Both the position numbers and the translations under genes were made by a program. 64,000 bases of DNA from a virus: IMG/VR virus record IMGVR_UViG_3300048598_000530, positions 28,439 through 92,438 of that record. One strand, 5' to 3'. How positions within the stretch are numbered: position 1 is the stretch's first letter; the number at the start of each line of letters is the position of its first letter. Shown piece after piece: positions 10,623 to 19,772 of the stretch. A model generated the notes under the pieces. The model saw only the letters and a program-made list of their open reading frames with translations. It was not told the origin of the DNA and searched no databases.

Positions 10623-11702
10623 TTATTGTTTAATATACAATGAAGGATGTGTTCTTAAATTCTTTACACTTGTCTCCCATAAAGGAATCAAAACTGAATA
10701 TTGTTCTTCTATTTTTCTCCATTCAATTGAATCAGCGTATAAAATCTTAATTTTTGCTGTAGGATACTGTTCTCTTGTTAATTCAATTTTTCTTATATCT
10801 CTTCCCATGAAGTTCTTTGTCTCAACCCACTCATCAGTTTGCGACAAATAAAAATCTATCCAACAATTCTCTTTTCCCTTATCAGAAATCACTTCAAAAG
10901 GTTTTAACTCAAACATGTATTTGATTTTATTATAAATAAGATATCTAGCATAATTAGCTTCAAGTGTAGAACGCACACTATGTCCAATGTCGTTTCTATA
11001 ACCATGTATTGAAAATGCAGTTTTAATATCTGGCTGTTTTCCAAATCTATGGTTTTTACTTCCCATTCTACTTTCACTCATCTTGCTCTTTGTCTGTTCT
11101 GTATGTGTTCTTCCTTTATTATGATGAATGATGTTTTTTGAATTGTTTTTCTTTATTGTATCACTAATGCTTTTCCTAGATTCTTCTGAATGACATTTGC
11201 CATAAAAAGGATTTTTTTCTCCCTTGAAAATTTCTTTACTTACACTTTTGCCTGCTATAGTAGTCTTCTCTATAAAATTGTTACTATACAAAGGGTCAGG
11301 ATATTTAGAAGTATATTCTTGTTTTGTAATTTTGTGATCTATTTTTAAGTGAAAGTCTATTCTTCCTTTCCTCATCCCACATATTTTACACTCAACCCAT
11401 TCATTAGAATTTGTACTATTAAAAATCAAATGACTATGTTTAGGGTCTTTAGAATAAAAACAATGCTTATATAAAGAAGGCTGTGTTACACATGCTTCTC
11501 CACATATCTCGCACTTGAATTGTTTTGTTTCTTGATTTGTTTTTCTTCTTGAAGCTCCACGTTTCATTCTCTTTTCTTCATCAATCACATATTTAACATT
11601 AAACATTTCTTTATACTCTTGAATTGACAACTTGTGATCTAATCTAATATGCTGCTGTAGATCTCCTCTCTCTTCCTGACATCCTTCAATTAAACATTTC
11701 AT
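10623..11702 (-). CDS. Free-standing homing endonuclease-like protein (Zn fingers, NUMOD3, PD-(D/E)xK nuclease)
   Basis: CxxC...H repeats; HSEESRKSIS and HTEQTKSKMS NUMOD3-like motifs; C-terminal RSTLEANYARYL...IDFYL...VETK. ATG at 11702 follows GGAG. Confidence 0.7.
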   Translation of the reverse strand: MKCLIEGCQEERGDLQQHIRLDHKLSIQEYKEMFNVKYVIDEEKRMKRGASRRKTNQETKQFKCEICGEACVTQPSLYKHCFYSKDPKHSHLIFNSTNSNEWVECKICGMRKGRIDFHLKIDHKITKQEYTSKYPDPLYSNNFIEKTTIAGKSVSKEIFKGEKNPFYGKCHSEESRKSISDTIKKNNSKNIIHHNKGRTHTEQTKSKMSESRMGSKNHRFGKQPDIKTAFSIHGYRNDIGHSVRSTLEANYARYLIYNKIKYMFELKPFEVISDKGKENCWIDFYLSQTDEWVETKNFMGRDIRKIELTREQYPTAKIKILYADSIEWRKIEEQYSVLIPLWETSVKNLRTHPSLYIKQ

Positions 11703-11800
11703 ATTGCTCCTTTGTTTTATAGAAGTAATATAATACTTTAAATCTAACAACTTGTCAACTATATTAAACTGTTATCGCATAAAATATTATTAAGATAAAC

Positions 11801-11832
11801 AAAAAGCCCCATCTTGTTTCCAAGACAGGGCT
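11801..11832 (-). terminator. Intrinsic terminator after the major capsid gene
   Basis: Minus strand reads GCCCTGTCTTG-GAAA-CAAGATGGGGC-TTTTT. Confidence 0.75.
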
Positions 11833-11855
11833 ATAAGTTGTTGAATTGTAACTAA

Positions 11856-12734
11856 TTATGGACGAGTGACTTCAATGAGACTTACGCCTCTTGGGTTCCA
11901 TACACCAATTCCAATTTGTTCAAAAATTGACCAACCAATTAAACGATTGTCAGGATCATCAGCTGGAAGAACTGTAACATCAATTCTCTGAGGCATAACA
12001 GCAAGGAATTTCTCCTCTGTGCAAACAAAGATTGTACCAATAGGCACGACTCTGCTTACGATAATGTCTGCTCCCCAGATCTGAGCCATCAAACCAGTGT
12101 TTAACAAACTCTTCTGTGTTACTGGGTCCAACTGATCACGACCAAATTTACGAATGTCAGAGTAATCTCTAGCATTCATGAACATACGAGCAACGCGAAG
12201 GTCATGTTTTTCAACTTCTGCAAAAGCATCAGCAAGTGCATCTCTGTCAAGAGAGCCTGAAGCAGGTGTAATTGCGTTGAAAGGAAGACCTGTGTTAGGA
12301 TTGATCTGTGCTGCAGCAACCTGGAGAGCGCTGAAACCAAGATCATCTTCACTTGCCTGAATGTCCTGTTTTGCTTTGTCCTGAGCACGGTCGATCAGGT
12401 TATATCTGCGTTCTTTGATCTGTGTGAACGGAATCTTCGGGTTTGAAGCAAGTTCAAACAGAGGAACGAGAATTCTTTTACCTTTTACGATTGTCTCAGG
12501 TGTCTGACCTTCTTCACCAATAACGATTGCCGGAACATCGACGTCTCTGTCATAGTAAGGAAGAGCACCCTGTGGCAGGGGATCTACAACTGCTGCACGA
12601 CGGAACACACCTTCGTAATCAAGACGTTCACGAAGAGGATTCTGCATTGAAGCAGCAAGCTTCATCTTACCTTCTGGGGTAAGCAAGAGCTTCTCAATGG
12701 CTCTTTCTTTATCAGCTGCTGTCGTAATTTTCAT
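11856..12734 (-). CDS. Major capsid protein (HK97 fold)
   Basis: 292 aa with capsid-like features (A-domain-like stretch, terminal GIGVWNPRGV); follows the scaffold and decoration genes and ends at a strong terminator. Confidence 0.8.
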   Translation of the reverse strand: MKITTAADKERAIEKLLLTPEGKMKLAASMQNPLRERLDYEGVFRRAAVVDPLPQGALPYYDRDVDVPAIVIGEEGQTPETIVKGKRILVPLFELASNPKIPFTQIKERRYNLIDRAQDKAKQDIQASEDDLGFSALQVAAAQINPNTGLPFNAITPASGSLDRDALADAFAEVEKHDLRVARMFMNARDYSDIRKFGRDQLDPVTQKSLLNTGLMAQIWGADIIVSRVVPIGTIFVCTEEKFLAVMPQRIDVTVLPADDPDNRLIGWSIFEQIGIGVWNPRGVSLIEVTRP

Positions 12735-12813
12735 GGAAAACTCCTTAATTAACTGTTGCTTTGTTTTTGTTTTTTGTTTTAATCAATAGTTCTATTAAAT
12801 CTCACTGATGATC

Positions 12814-13308
12814 TTAGATATAAAGATCAAAACCAAGCCAAGGATCAGTAGGTGACGGAGCCTTTGAGACTCTACCAACAACTGGACATGTGGCAGAAAG
12901 ATCTTCAGATGTGAGAAGACCGAAATCACTAGCATAAAGAAGATCACCTGCAGTGTAAGTGACATCGAGTGTGTCAGCTTCATTGCGTGTCTCATAAATG
13001 TCAGTTTCAAACGATCCCATAGAACGCATGACTGTGATTTTTCCCGAAGCAACAGCCGGGGTGTTTTCGAACGGTGAGCCTGCAGCATCGTTGAGGAAGA
13101 TTCCAACAGGTGCATGAGTCGTACAAATGTCGACTTCATAATTGTCGGAATACATCGCAACCATACCTGCCAGGACTCCGTCCGGTGAGTCAGCTGTAAT
13201 TCGGTCTGACGTACAACCAGCAGCGCCAAAATTCTGACGAGTAAAAGCGCCAGGAGCCAATGTTGACAGAGAATTTCTGTCACCTGGGAACAGGATACGA
13301 AGTGCCAT
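12814..13308 (-). CDS. Capsid decoration/cement protein
   Basis: Lies between the scaffold and MCP genes; beta-rich YTAGDLLYASDFGLLT...VVGRV pattern. Confidence 0.6.
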   Translation of the reverse strand: MALRILFPGDRNSLSTLAPGAFTRQNFGAAGCTSDRITADSPDGVLAGMVAMYSDNYEVDICTTHAPVGIFLNDAAGSPFENTPAVASGKITVMRSMGSFETDIYETRNEADTLDVTYTAGDLLYASDFGLLTSEDLSATCPVVGRVSKAPSPTDPWLGFDLYI

Positions 13309-13436
13309 GGAGTAACTCCTTAAGTTAAATTGGTACTTGTTATTAACAAAACTAGCAAATCTTTAAACATTAATTCTGTGTTTATAAAAGGATTAGAAAA
13401 AACAAGGAGAATAAATTCTCCTTGTTAATATCTAAT

Positions 13437-14927
13437 TTATTCGTCCTGAGGTGCGCCTCTCCACATTTTTGAAAGAACTTCAACTTCAGGATCTCCAGAG
13501 AAATCATTTTGTTCAACCAAAGATGCATTTTTGTCGATACCAAAACTGCTATCTTCGACAGCTTCATTATCTCTCTTAAGAGGTTGATGCTTTGATGATG
13601 TAACAGTTTTTCCAGGTTCTCTTGAAGACTCTTTTGCAGGAGCTTCAGTAGATTCTTCTTCTGGAGTCTCTGCAGCTTCTTCAGCTGGTGTTTCTGCATC
13701 AGCTTTCTCTTCTTCAACAACAGGAGCAGCTGAACATTCAGCAAGTTTTTTCTCGACTTCTTCAGCATTTTCTTCAGCTGCATCACCAAGAGAGTCATGC
13801 TTATCAGCAGCACCAATATCACCTTTTGATTCAGCTTCTTCAGCTAGTTTGCGATGATGTGATGCAATCAGACGATAATTACGAGCAAGTTCAGCAAGTT
13901 TGTTTGAAGCTTCAACTGGTGTTGCAGGAGTTTCTGTCTCTACAGGTTCCGTAGCATCAGCTTTTTCTTCTTCTTTTTTTTCTTCAACTACAACAGGAGT
14001 TTCTGTTACAGGAGGAACTTGTGAAGCAGCTTCTTTCTCATCTTTTTCGACAGCAGGAGTTTCTGTAGTCTCAGGTGTTTCAACAACTTCAGGTTTCTCT
14101 TCAGTTTCTTCTTCAGCAGATTTTGTCATTGTTTCAATAACGCTCTGAATATGAGCAACTTTTGCTTCAGCTTCATCAGCTTTACCGTCAAGCATTTCTG
14201 CTTGTTCAATGTCATCATCTTCTTGTGCTTCAGCTGCAGCCTGACGATTGATTCTTACAATGCGTGACTGGCGACGGAGTTCTTTTTGTGCATCATCAAT
14301 AGAAATAAACTCATGCTCACCAGCAACTTTACGTTCAAGTCTATCAATTTCGCTATCTTCAAGTTTTACGATAGAAGCAATTTTAGATTTAATAGCTTCA
14401 TAAGAATCTTCAAGTTTTCCTTCAGCAACAAGTTGTTTTGCAATAGCAAGACCTCGACGTGCCTTACGTTCTACAACTCTATCATTACGTTCTGAAGCAA
14501 GTTTTTTCTTCAAAGATGCAACAGTATTCATAAGATTTGCATATTTTTCTTCATCATCTCCTTCAGGTACTTCTGCTTCACTTCCTTCAGTGTTTTCTTC
14601 AGAACCTTCATCGAGTTCTTCTGGTACGACTGGAGCAGCAACAGGTGCAGCACCAGCACCAGCACCTTGTGCTTGTGTTGTTACAGCATTTAATACAGCA
14701 CTTTGAAGCTCGCCTTCAGTTGTTACTGCAGGTTGTTCGCTGGGTGCACTCATTTGCGATGATGTTTTTCCAGCAAGTTCATTTACCAAGTCTTCAGCAA
14801 ATTTCTGTGCTTCAGCTGGTTCAAAAGTCTCTTTCGAAGCTTCTACGACCTTAACCAACTTTGACCCATTAAATACTGCGACTTTAGATCCACTTTTATG
14901 CACTTTTGCATGCCATGACCAACTCAT
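13437..14927 (-). CDS. Prohead scaffolding protein
   Basis: 496 aa, E/A-rich and helical, located between the protease and capsid genes. Confidence 0.6.
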   Translation of the reverse strand: MSWSWHAKVHKSGSKVAVFNGSKLVKVVEASKETFEPAEAQKFAEDLVNELAGKTSSQMSAPSEQPAVTTEGELQSAVLNAVTTQAQGAGAGAAPVAAPVVPEELDEGSEENTEGSEAEVPEGDDEEKYANLMNTVASLKKKLASERNDRVVERKARRGLAIAKQLVAEGKLEDSYEAIKSKIASIVKLEDSEIDRLERKVAGEHEFISIDDAQKELRRQSRIVRINRQAAAEAQEDDDIEQAEMLDGKADEAEAKVAHIQSVIETMTKSAEEETEEKPEVVETPETTETPAVEKDEKEAASQVPPVTETPVVVEEKKEEEKADATEPVETETPATPVEASNKLAELARNYRLIASHHRKLAEEAESKGDIGAADKHDSLGDAAEENAEEVEKKLAECSAAPVVEEEKADAETPAEEAAETPEEESTEAPAKESSREPGKTVTSSKHQPLKRDNEAVEDSSFGIDKNASLVEQNDFSGDPEVEVLSKMWRGAPQDE

Positions 14928-14940
14928 GTTTTCTCCTTAG

Positions 14941-15678
14941 TTAAAGTAAAACTTGTTTTTTCTTTATTTGTTTTTCTGTTATGACAAAAAAATTCATATT
15001 ATTTTCACTAGCATATTTTCTACCTGCTTCAAATTTTAAAATATTGCTAGTTAATGCTATATGAGATTTTGGCTTAACTTCAATTAAATCTTTTGAATTA
15101 TCAATATAAGTAATTAAAATATCAGGCCTATAACCTCTTTTTTTCTTATTTTCATCAAAATATTCAATACTCATTGCCTCAGATTCATAAAACTTTACTT
15201 TAGAAATTTGTTCCAAAATTTGATAAACTTGCAATTCCCATGATGATCTATAATGAATTTCTTTATTATTCTTGTTTGAAAAAAACATTCCTTGCTTGAA
15301 TCTTTTAGATGTATTGACGTTTCTAAACTTCCCTAATTTATGAGCTTGCGAAGTTTTTTCACTTAATTTTTCTCTACATTCTTGTGTTATAACTTTGCCT
15401 TTTCCAATTTTACTTAGTTTTTGACGAGTTTCAAGTGAAACAGTTCTTTTTCTTGATTTTTGAGCTTCACTTATCTTTCTTTTACCTTCTTCTGAAATTT
15501 TCCAGTGTGAAGAATGTTTTTTACCTTTTCTTAATAAACTCAGCTTTGCTTTAAGTTCAGGAGAATGTTTTCCTCGTTTTTTGCCAGTAAGAGATTCACT
15601 TATCTTTAATCTAGTTTCTAAAGACATTTTTCTGCCTTTTAAACTTTGACTTATTTTCTTTTTTGTCTCTTCTAACAT
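14941..15678 (-). CDS. NUMOD3-repeat, TnsA-like PD-(D/E)xK homing endonuclease
   Basis: Repeated SLETRxKIS/HSPELKAKLS motifs, then YRSSWE...YRPDILITY...LIEVKP. Confidence 0.7.
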   Translation of the reverse strand: MLEETKKKISQSLKGRKMSLETRLKISESLTGKKRGKHSPELKAKLSLLRKGKKHSSHWKISEEGKRKISEAQKSRKRTVSLETRQKLSKIGKGKVITQECREKLSEKTSQAHKLGKFRNVNTSKRFKQGMFFSNKNNKEIHYRSSWELQVYQILEQISKVKFYESEAMSIEYFDENKKKRGYRPDILITYIDNSKDLIEVKPKSHIALTSNILKFEAGRKYASENNMNFFVITEKQIKKKQVLL

Positions 15679-15679
15679 A

Positions 15680-16318
15680 TTACAATAGTTTAATTAACTG
15701 GTTACAATGTTGACAAACGACATAATTTGAAGTATAACTTGTTTTTTTGTTTTGGTCTACAAGATCATCAATAGTATAATTTTCTTCATGCTCACAGTGT
15801 TTACAAGCAACCTTCACATAAGAATTTTCTAATACAAAAGCGTTAATTTCTTTTGAAACTTTTTCTAAACTTGAAATCTTGATACGATTTATAATAGAAG
15901 TACCAAAACGCGCAGAAAAAAAATAAATTTTATCTTCTAACGAACCATTTTTAAAAACTTCTTCAAAACTTGCTGTCATTTTAGGTTCGCTGTTTCTATA
16001 CCAAACCCAACGTGCTTCATCATCTCTGAAACCACATGTCCATATATCTGATTTTTTGTTGATTTCTGTTTTTGTTTCTTCGATAGATGAAAGTTTTAAT
16101 TGCTTTAAAATTTCTAAACTTGCACGAACAGGATTTGTTGGGAATGTGTCTTTTAAACGTTGTATTGTTTTGTTTTTTGATGCATCTACAATAACAACAT
16201 CTTTTTCTAAACGAAATGCTTTCAAATTTTTTTGCAAATCTAATACTTCTTTTGCTTCTCGCTCAAGTTTTTTTATGTTTAACGAATTAAAACTGAAAAA
16301 ATTTGAAATAAACTGCAT
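15680..16318 (-). CDS. Hypothetical protein with a C-terminal Zn ribbon
   Basis: CKHC...CQHC motif pair. Confidence 0.55.
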   Translation of the reverse strand: MQFISNFFSFNSLNIKKLEREAKEVLDLQKNLKAFRLEKDVVIVDASKNKTIQRLKDTFPTNPVRASLEILKQLKLSSIEETKTEINKKSDIWTCGFRDDEARWVWYRNSEPKMTASFEEVFKNGSLEDKIYFFSARFGTSIINRIKISSLEKVSKEINAFVLENSYVKVACKHCEHEENYTIDDLVDQNKKTSYTSNYVVCQHCNQLIKLL

Positions 16319-16326
16319 AATTATCC

Positions 16327-18102
16327 TTAACTTTTTCTTTTATTGACATAAGACAGAGGCATGTAAAAATCTTCACCTGTCTCTGTAATAAATAAACCGT
16401 ACTCACCGTTATCAACAGAAGCAATAAATGTTACTTTCTCACCTTTAGTTATAACTGAATTCCCTTGTTCGTCAAACCAATATGTTCCTTCATCGTTTTC
16501 AACTGGAATATCTTGCGAAACAACAAAAATACTTGATTTTTTTGTTTCTACTTTTTCAACGTTAAGATCATTAGGTGTTTTCCAAACAGTCTTTCCATTT
16601 TCAAGTTTAACAATTGCAAGAGGACCACGTAAAGAAACAATAACTCCCTTTTGTCCTTTTTCTTTTCCTTTATTGATTTCAACTTTATCTTTGGGTTTTA
16701 CTTTTATTTTTGATGCTGTTTTGTAGAGAGATTCTTCTGCGGAATAAAAACATCGTGGACATTCAAGAACAGATGTTTGTCCTGCATCTATTGTAGATGC
16801 TTTCACTTTCCAAAGATCAGTTTTAAATCCACATTTTATACATTCAAATTCATCAACTCTAGATATAACAGAAGTATTTGATGTAGGTTTTATTTCAAGA
16901 ATAACAATTGGTTGTTGTGGCTTGAGCTCTAAATAAGTAGTTTTTGTATCTTCTAAACCTGCTTCATCTTTAATATCATGCGGGTTGTTATATGGAATAT
17001 CTGTGTAATCATGATCTGAAATAGAGAAGTCTTTATTTCCAGATTCGTTTTGTATAGGGTGCGTTGCTTGTTTTTTTCCAAACATTTTTTCGAAAATACT
17101 TTCAAGTGAAAAACTTGATTTTTGTTGTGGCACAAATGCACAAATACTTTCTATTTCTTCTTTAGAAAGAACTTCACTTGCTTTAAATGTTTGTTTAAGT
17201 GCTTGATTTGAAGTATTGATTTCAATTGAACCATCTTCTTTAATTGAAATGTTAGCAACATCATTGTTCTTAGAAGCAGCTTTTAAGACTAAACCGTCAT
17301 CTTTATACATAGCTTCAATTTTTGAATTAAGAATATTTGCAAGTAGATGATTACTTACTTCAGAAGAAGACAGGATTTTTCTAAAAACAGCACCTGCAAA
17401 AGCAGGATTTGCAACTAGTGAAACATCAAAAAAAGTATTGTTTTTACAAATTTCTGCAGAACGTCTTTTTGTTCCATCAGCAAGAGTAAAAGTACTTCCT
17501 TTATTTCCTCTTTTTAAATGGTCGCAATAAGTTGTTGGATCATTTGCTGTATTACCACAAATGCTACAAACTGTTTGTGCTGTAGTGCAACCCATAGAAA
17601 CAGCATTGATAATTCCATTTTCAATGTTAGCAACAAGATCTTTATGACGTTTGTCTACAGAAAACAAAACGTCAATAAGTAGTGTATCACCCATATCTCT
17701 TGCTATAACATCAATGCATTTCCCTTTTGCATTTTCAAGACGTTGATCATGCTCAACAAACGTTGTTGCTCTCTTAAACGATTTATAATCTTTTAAGAGA
17801 TCGTTACAAGTCCAAGCATCATGGTTGTCGTTTATAAACTTTTCAGATTCAGCAGTTATATTAAACCCGTTTTCTTCAGTTTTTACGCCTGCCATAATAG
17901 TAGTATGAATATAAATAAATTTTTCGGGATCAATAGTAGCAACAACTTGAAAATCAGCTTCTTTTTCAACAGCTTCTTTTTTTGATTCTTCAGCTAATAC
18001 TGGTTTGTTTGCTTTTTTGCATAGAACATCCCAATTCTTTAAATTCCCTCCCAGGATTTCTATTTTTGCTGTCTTAAGCATCCCAGTTTTCGTAAATGAC
18101 AT
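16327..18102 (-). CDS. Prohead maturation protease-like protein with Zn-finger inserts and a C-terminal KOW-like domain
   Basis: FVEHD...VSMGC...VSLVANPAF fits the His/Ser herpes-assemblin/HK97 protease pattern; position in the head module; ATG at 18102 after GGGAGG. Confidence 0.6.
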   Translation of the reverse strand: MSFTKTGMLKTAKIEILGGNLKNWDVLCKKANKPVLAEESKKEAVEKEADFQVVATIDPEKFIYIHTTIMAGVKTEENGFNITAESEKFINDNHDAWTCNDLLKDYKSFKRATTFVEHDQRLENAKGKCIDVIARDMGDTLLIDVLFSVDKRHKDLVANIENGIINAVSMGCTTAQTVCSICGNTANDPTTYCDHLKRGNKGSTFTLADGTKRRSAEICKNNTFFDVSLVANPAFAGAVFRKILSSSEVSNHLLANILNSKIEAMYKDDGLVLKAASKNNDVANISIKEDGSIEINTSNQALKQTFKASEVLSKEEIESICAFVPQQKSSFSLESIFEKMFGKKQATHPIQNESGNKDFSISDHDYTDIPYNNPHDIKDEAGLEDTKTTYLELKPQQPIVILEIKPTSNTSVISRVDEFECIKCGFKTDLWKVKASTIDAGQTSVLECPRCFYSAEESLYKTASKIKVKPKDKVEINKGKEKGQKGVIVSLRGPLAIVKLENGKTVWKTPNDLNVEKVETKKSSIFVVSQDIPVENDEGTYWFDEQGNSVITKGEKVTFIASVDNGEYGLFITETGEDFYMPLSYVNKRKS

Positions 18103-18178
18103 GGAACCTCCCAAGTATCCCCGAATTGATACAAAATTTTGATAAAAGTTTCAGATTATAAAAACTTTAGAAAAAATA

Positions 18179-18652
18179 TCACCACTTCAATTTGACTCGC
18201 ATCCAGCCATTAAGGTCGCTGGGTAATGCAGCAACAACTCCAACACAATCTCCACCACCATTGACATTTGTGACAAGGCCATTAGCACTTGCATAAAGTT
18301 TTTGATTGTATGTATAAACAAGATTTTCATAAGCATTTTTGTTTAAATCAAACATACCATCATCAGACAGCATGACGACTTTATGACTTCCATTTACAGG
18401 ATTGTTTTCATACCGATAAGGTCGAATTGGAGCTGCAAGTCCATCCATATCTTTAAAGTTATAAGGCTTTCCATCATAGTCTTCAAGTTTATAACCATTT
18501 ATAAGAACACCTGCAACATCAGTAGGTGTCGCTTTTTCAACGATCATATTTCCGACAAATTTAACTATTTGTCCACCATACCAACCAGTTCTAAGAAGTT
18601 CAGGTCCAGGGTAAACATTTATTCCCCAGTATCTAAAATGAATTTTTATCAT
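18179..18652 (-). CDS. Second capsid decoration-like protein (paralog of 12814..13308)
   Basis: YTYNQKLYASANGLVT...VGVVAALPSDLNGW aligns by eye with YTAGDLLYASDFGLLT...VGRVSKAPSPTDPW. Confidence 0.5.
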   Translation of the reverse strand: MIKIHFRYWGINVYPGPELLRTGWYGGQIVKFVGNMIVEKATPTDVAGVLINGYKLEDYDGKPYNFKDMDGLAAPIRPYRYENNPVNGSHKVVMLSDDGMFDLNKNAYENLVYTYNQKLYASANGLVTNVNGGGDCVGVVAALPSDLNGWMRVKLKW

Positions 18653-19374
18653 GGTTTTTGTCCTGGTCTGATAGGTCCAATTTTTGTTGGCCTAACTGTT
18701 TGAGGTTGTTTGACTTTACTAGGTCCTATCTGAGGTGTTCTTAATTGTCTTAACAAAGGTTTTTTCTCGACAGGTTGCTTTTCAGTAGGTTGCTTTTTCT
18801 CTGGAACAACAGGTGTTTTAGGTTTTAATTTAGGTGGAGTTATTTTTTTAGGTTCAGGTTCTTTAAAACCCTCAGGTACAATGAATTTCTTAAACAAAGG
18901 AATACTTGCAGCAACATGTTTGCAAATCAAATATCTTCTTTGTGGATCTCTTTTGTTTGGAGGTTGTCCATCAGAGTATTGTCGTTCTGAATAGTCTTTA
19001 TCTAAAGCGTTAAAGTCAGCACCGTTATATTTCCAAGCATTACAATTACAAGAGACTTCAACTTCTCTACCTAGCATTCCTTGTGTTTTGCTTCCTTTTC
19101 CTGGAACTAACTTAAATCTTACATCATAAGGACCTTTACTCCAGTTTTGATTGCATCTCACACTGAAAGCCCATCTGCCATTTTTAGGGTCATTTCTTTT
19201 TGTTGTTGATATACAACCTTTTGCATATTTTATCGAACGTTGATTTGTTCTAAAAATCAACTCTCCTGCTGTCATTGCTATTTTTGCAAAAGGATGTTCG
19301 AACAATTCATCTACTTCAATAGTTCTTGTAGATAGAATTTCATTAGCTAATTTTTTTATAAAATCTTTATTCAT
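18649..19374 (-). CDS. SWIM zinc-finger protein with a Pro/Lys-rich tail
   Basis: VSCNCNAW...ICKHVAA (CxC...CxH). Confidence 0.65.
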   Translation of the reverse strand: MNKDFIKKLANEILSTRTIEVDELFEHPFAKIAMTAGELIFRTNQRSIKYAKGCISTTKRNDPKNGRWAFSVRCNQNWSKGPYDVRFKLVPGKGSKTQGMLGREVEVSCNCNAWKYNGADFNALDKDYSERQYSDGQPPNKRDPQRRYLICKHVAASIPLFKKFIVPEGFKEPEPKKITPPKLKPKTPVVPEKKQPTEKQPVEKKPLLRQLRTPQIGPSKVKQPQTVRPTKIGPIRPGQKP

Positions 19375-19772
19375 TAGTAATCTCTTGCGTTACCTGTTAT
19401 TGTACCTAACGTTCTTGCTTCATTCCACTCAGGTATTGCACCTAACTTTTCTTCACTTGTTTTTAAAATTTCTTCATAAAGTTTTTTAGAAGGGAAAATA
19501 TAAGCAGAACCTGAACGATATACATCTGAATCAATATACTTGTCATTTAAATCGAAAATAATTTCAAACTTTATTTTCCAATGTTGATAAGGTTGTTTTG
19601 TTTTATCTTCAGAAAAACTTGTACTAATTAAGTTTAATTTTACAAGACTAGATTTAATAGAACTTACAAAACTACTTGCCTTTGTTTCGAAATCTGTCTT
19701 ATCAACAAATTTTTGTTTCGAAACAGTCCTTACACTACTCAATATTTCATTTAAGACAAGTTTAACATTCAT
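19374..19772 (-). CDS. Hypothetical protein
   Basis: 132-aa ORF overlapping both neighbours. Confidence 0.55.
   Translation of the reverse strand: MNVKLVLNEILSSVRTVSKQKFVDKTDFETKASSFVSSIKSSLVKLNLISTSFSEDKTKQPYQHWKIKFEIIFDLNDKYIDSDVYRSGSAYIFPSKKLYEEILKTSEEKLGAIPEWNEARTLGTITGNARDY

Noticed and set aside
14941-15678. Tn7-like transposon (TnsA-like domain)
   Set aside because: No TnsB/TnsC genes or terminal repeats; NUMOD3 fusion is typical of free-standing homing endonucleases.
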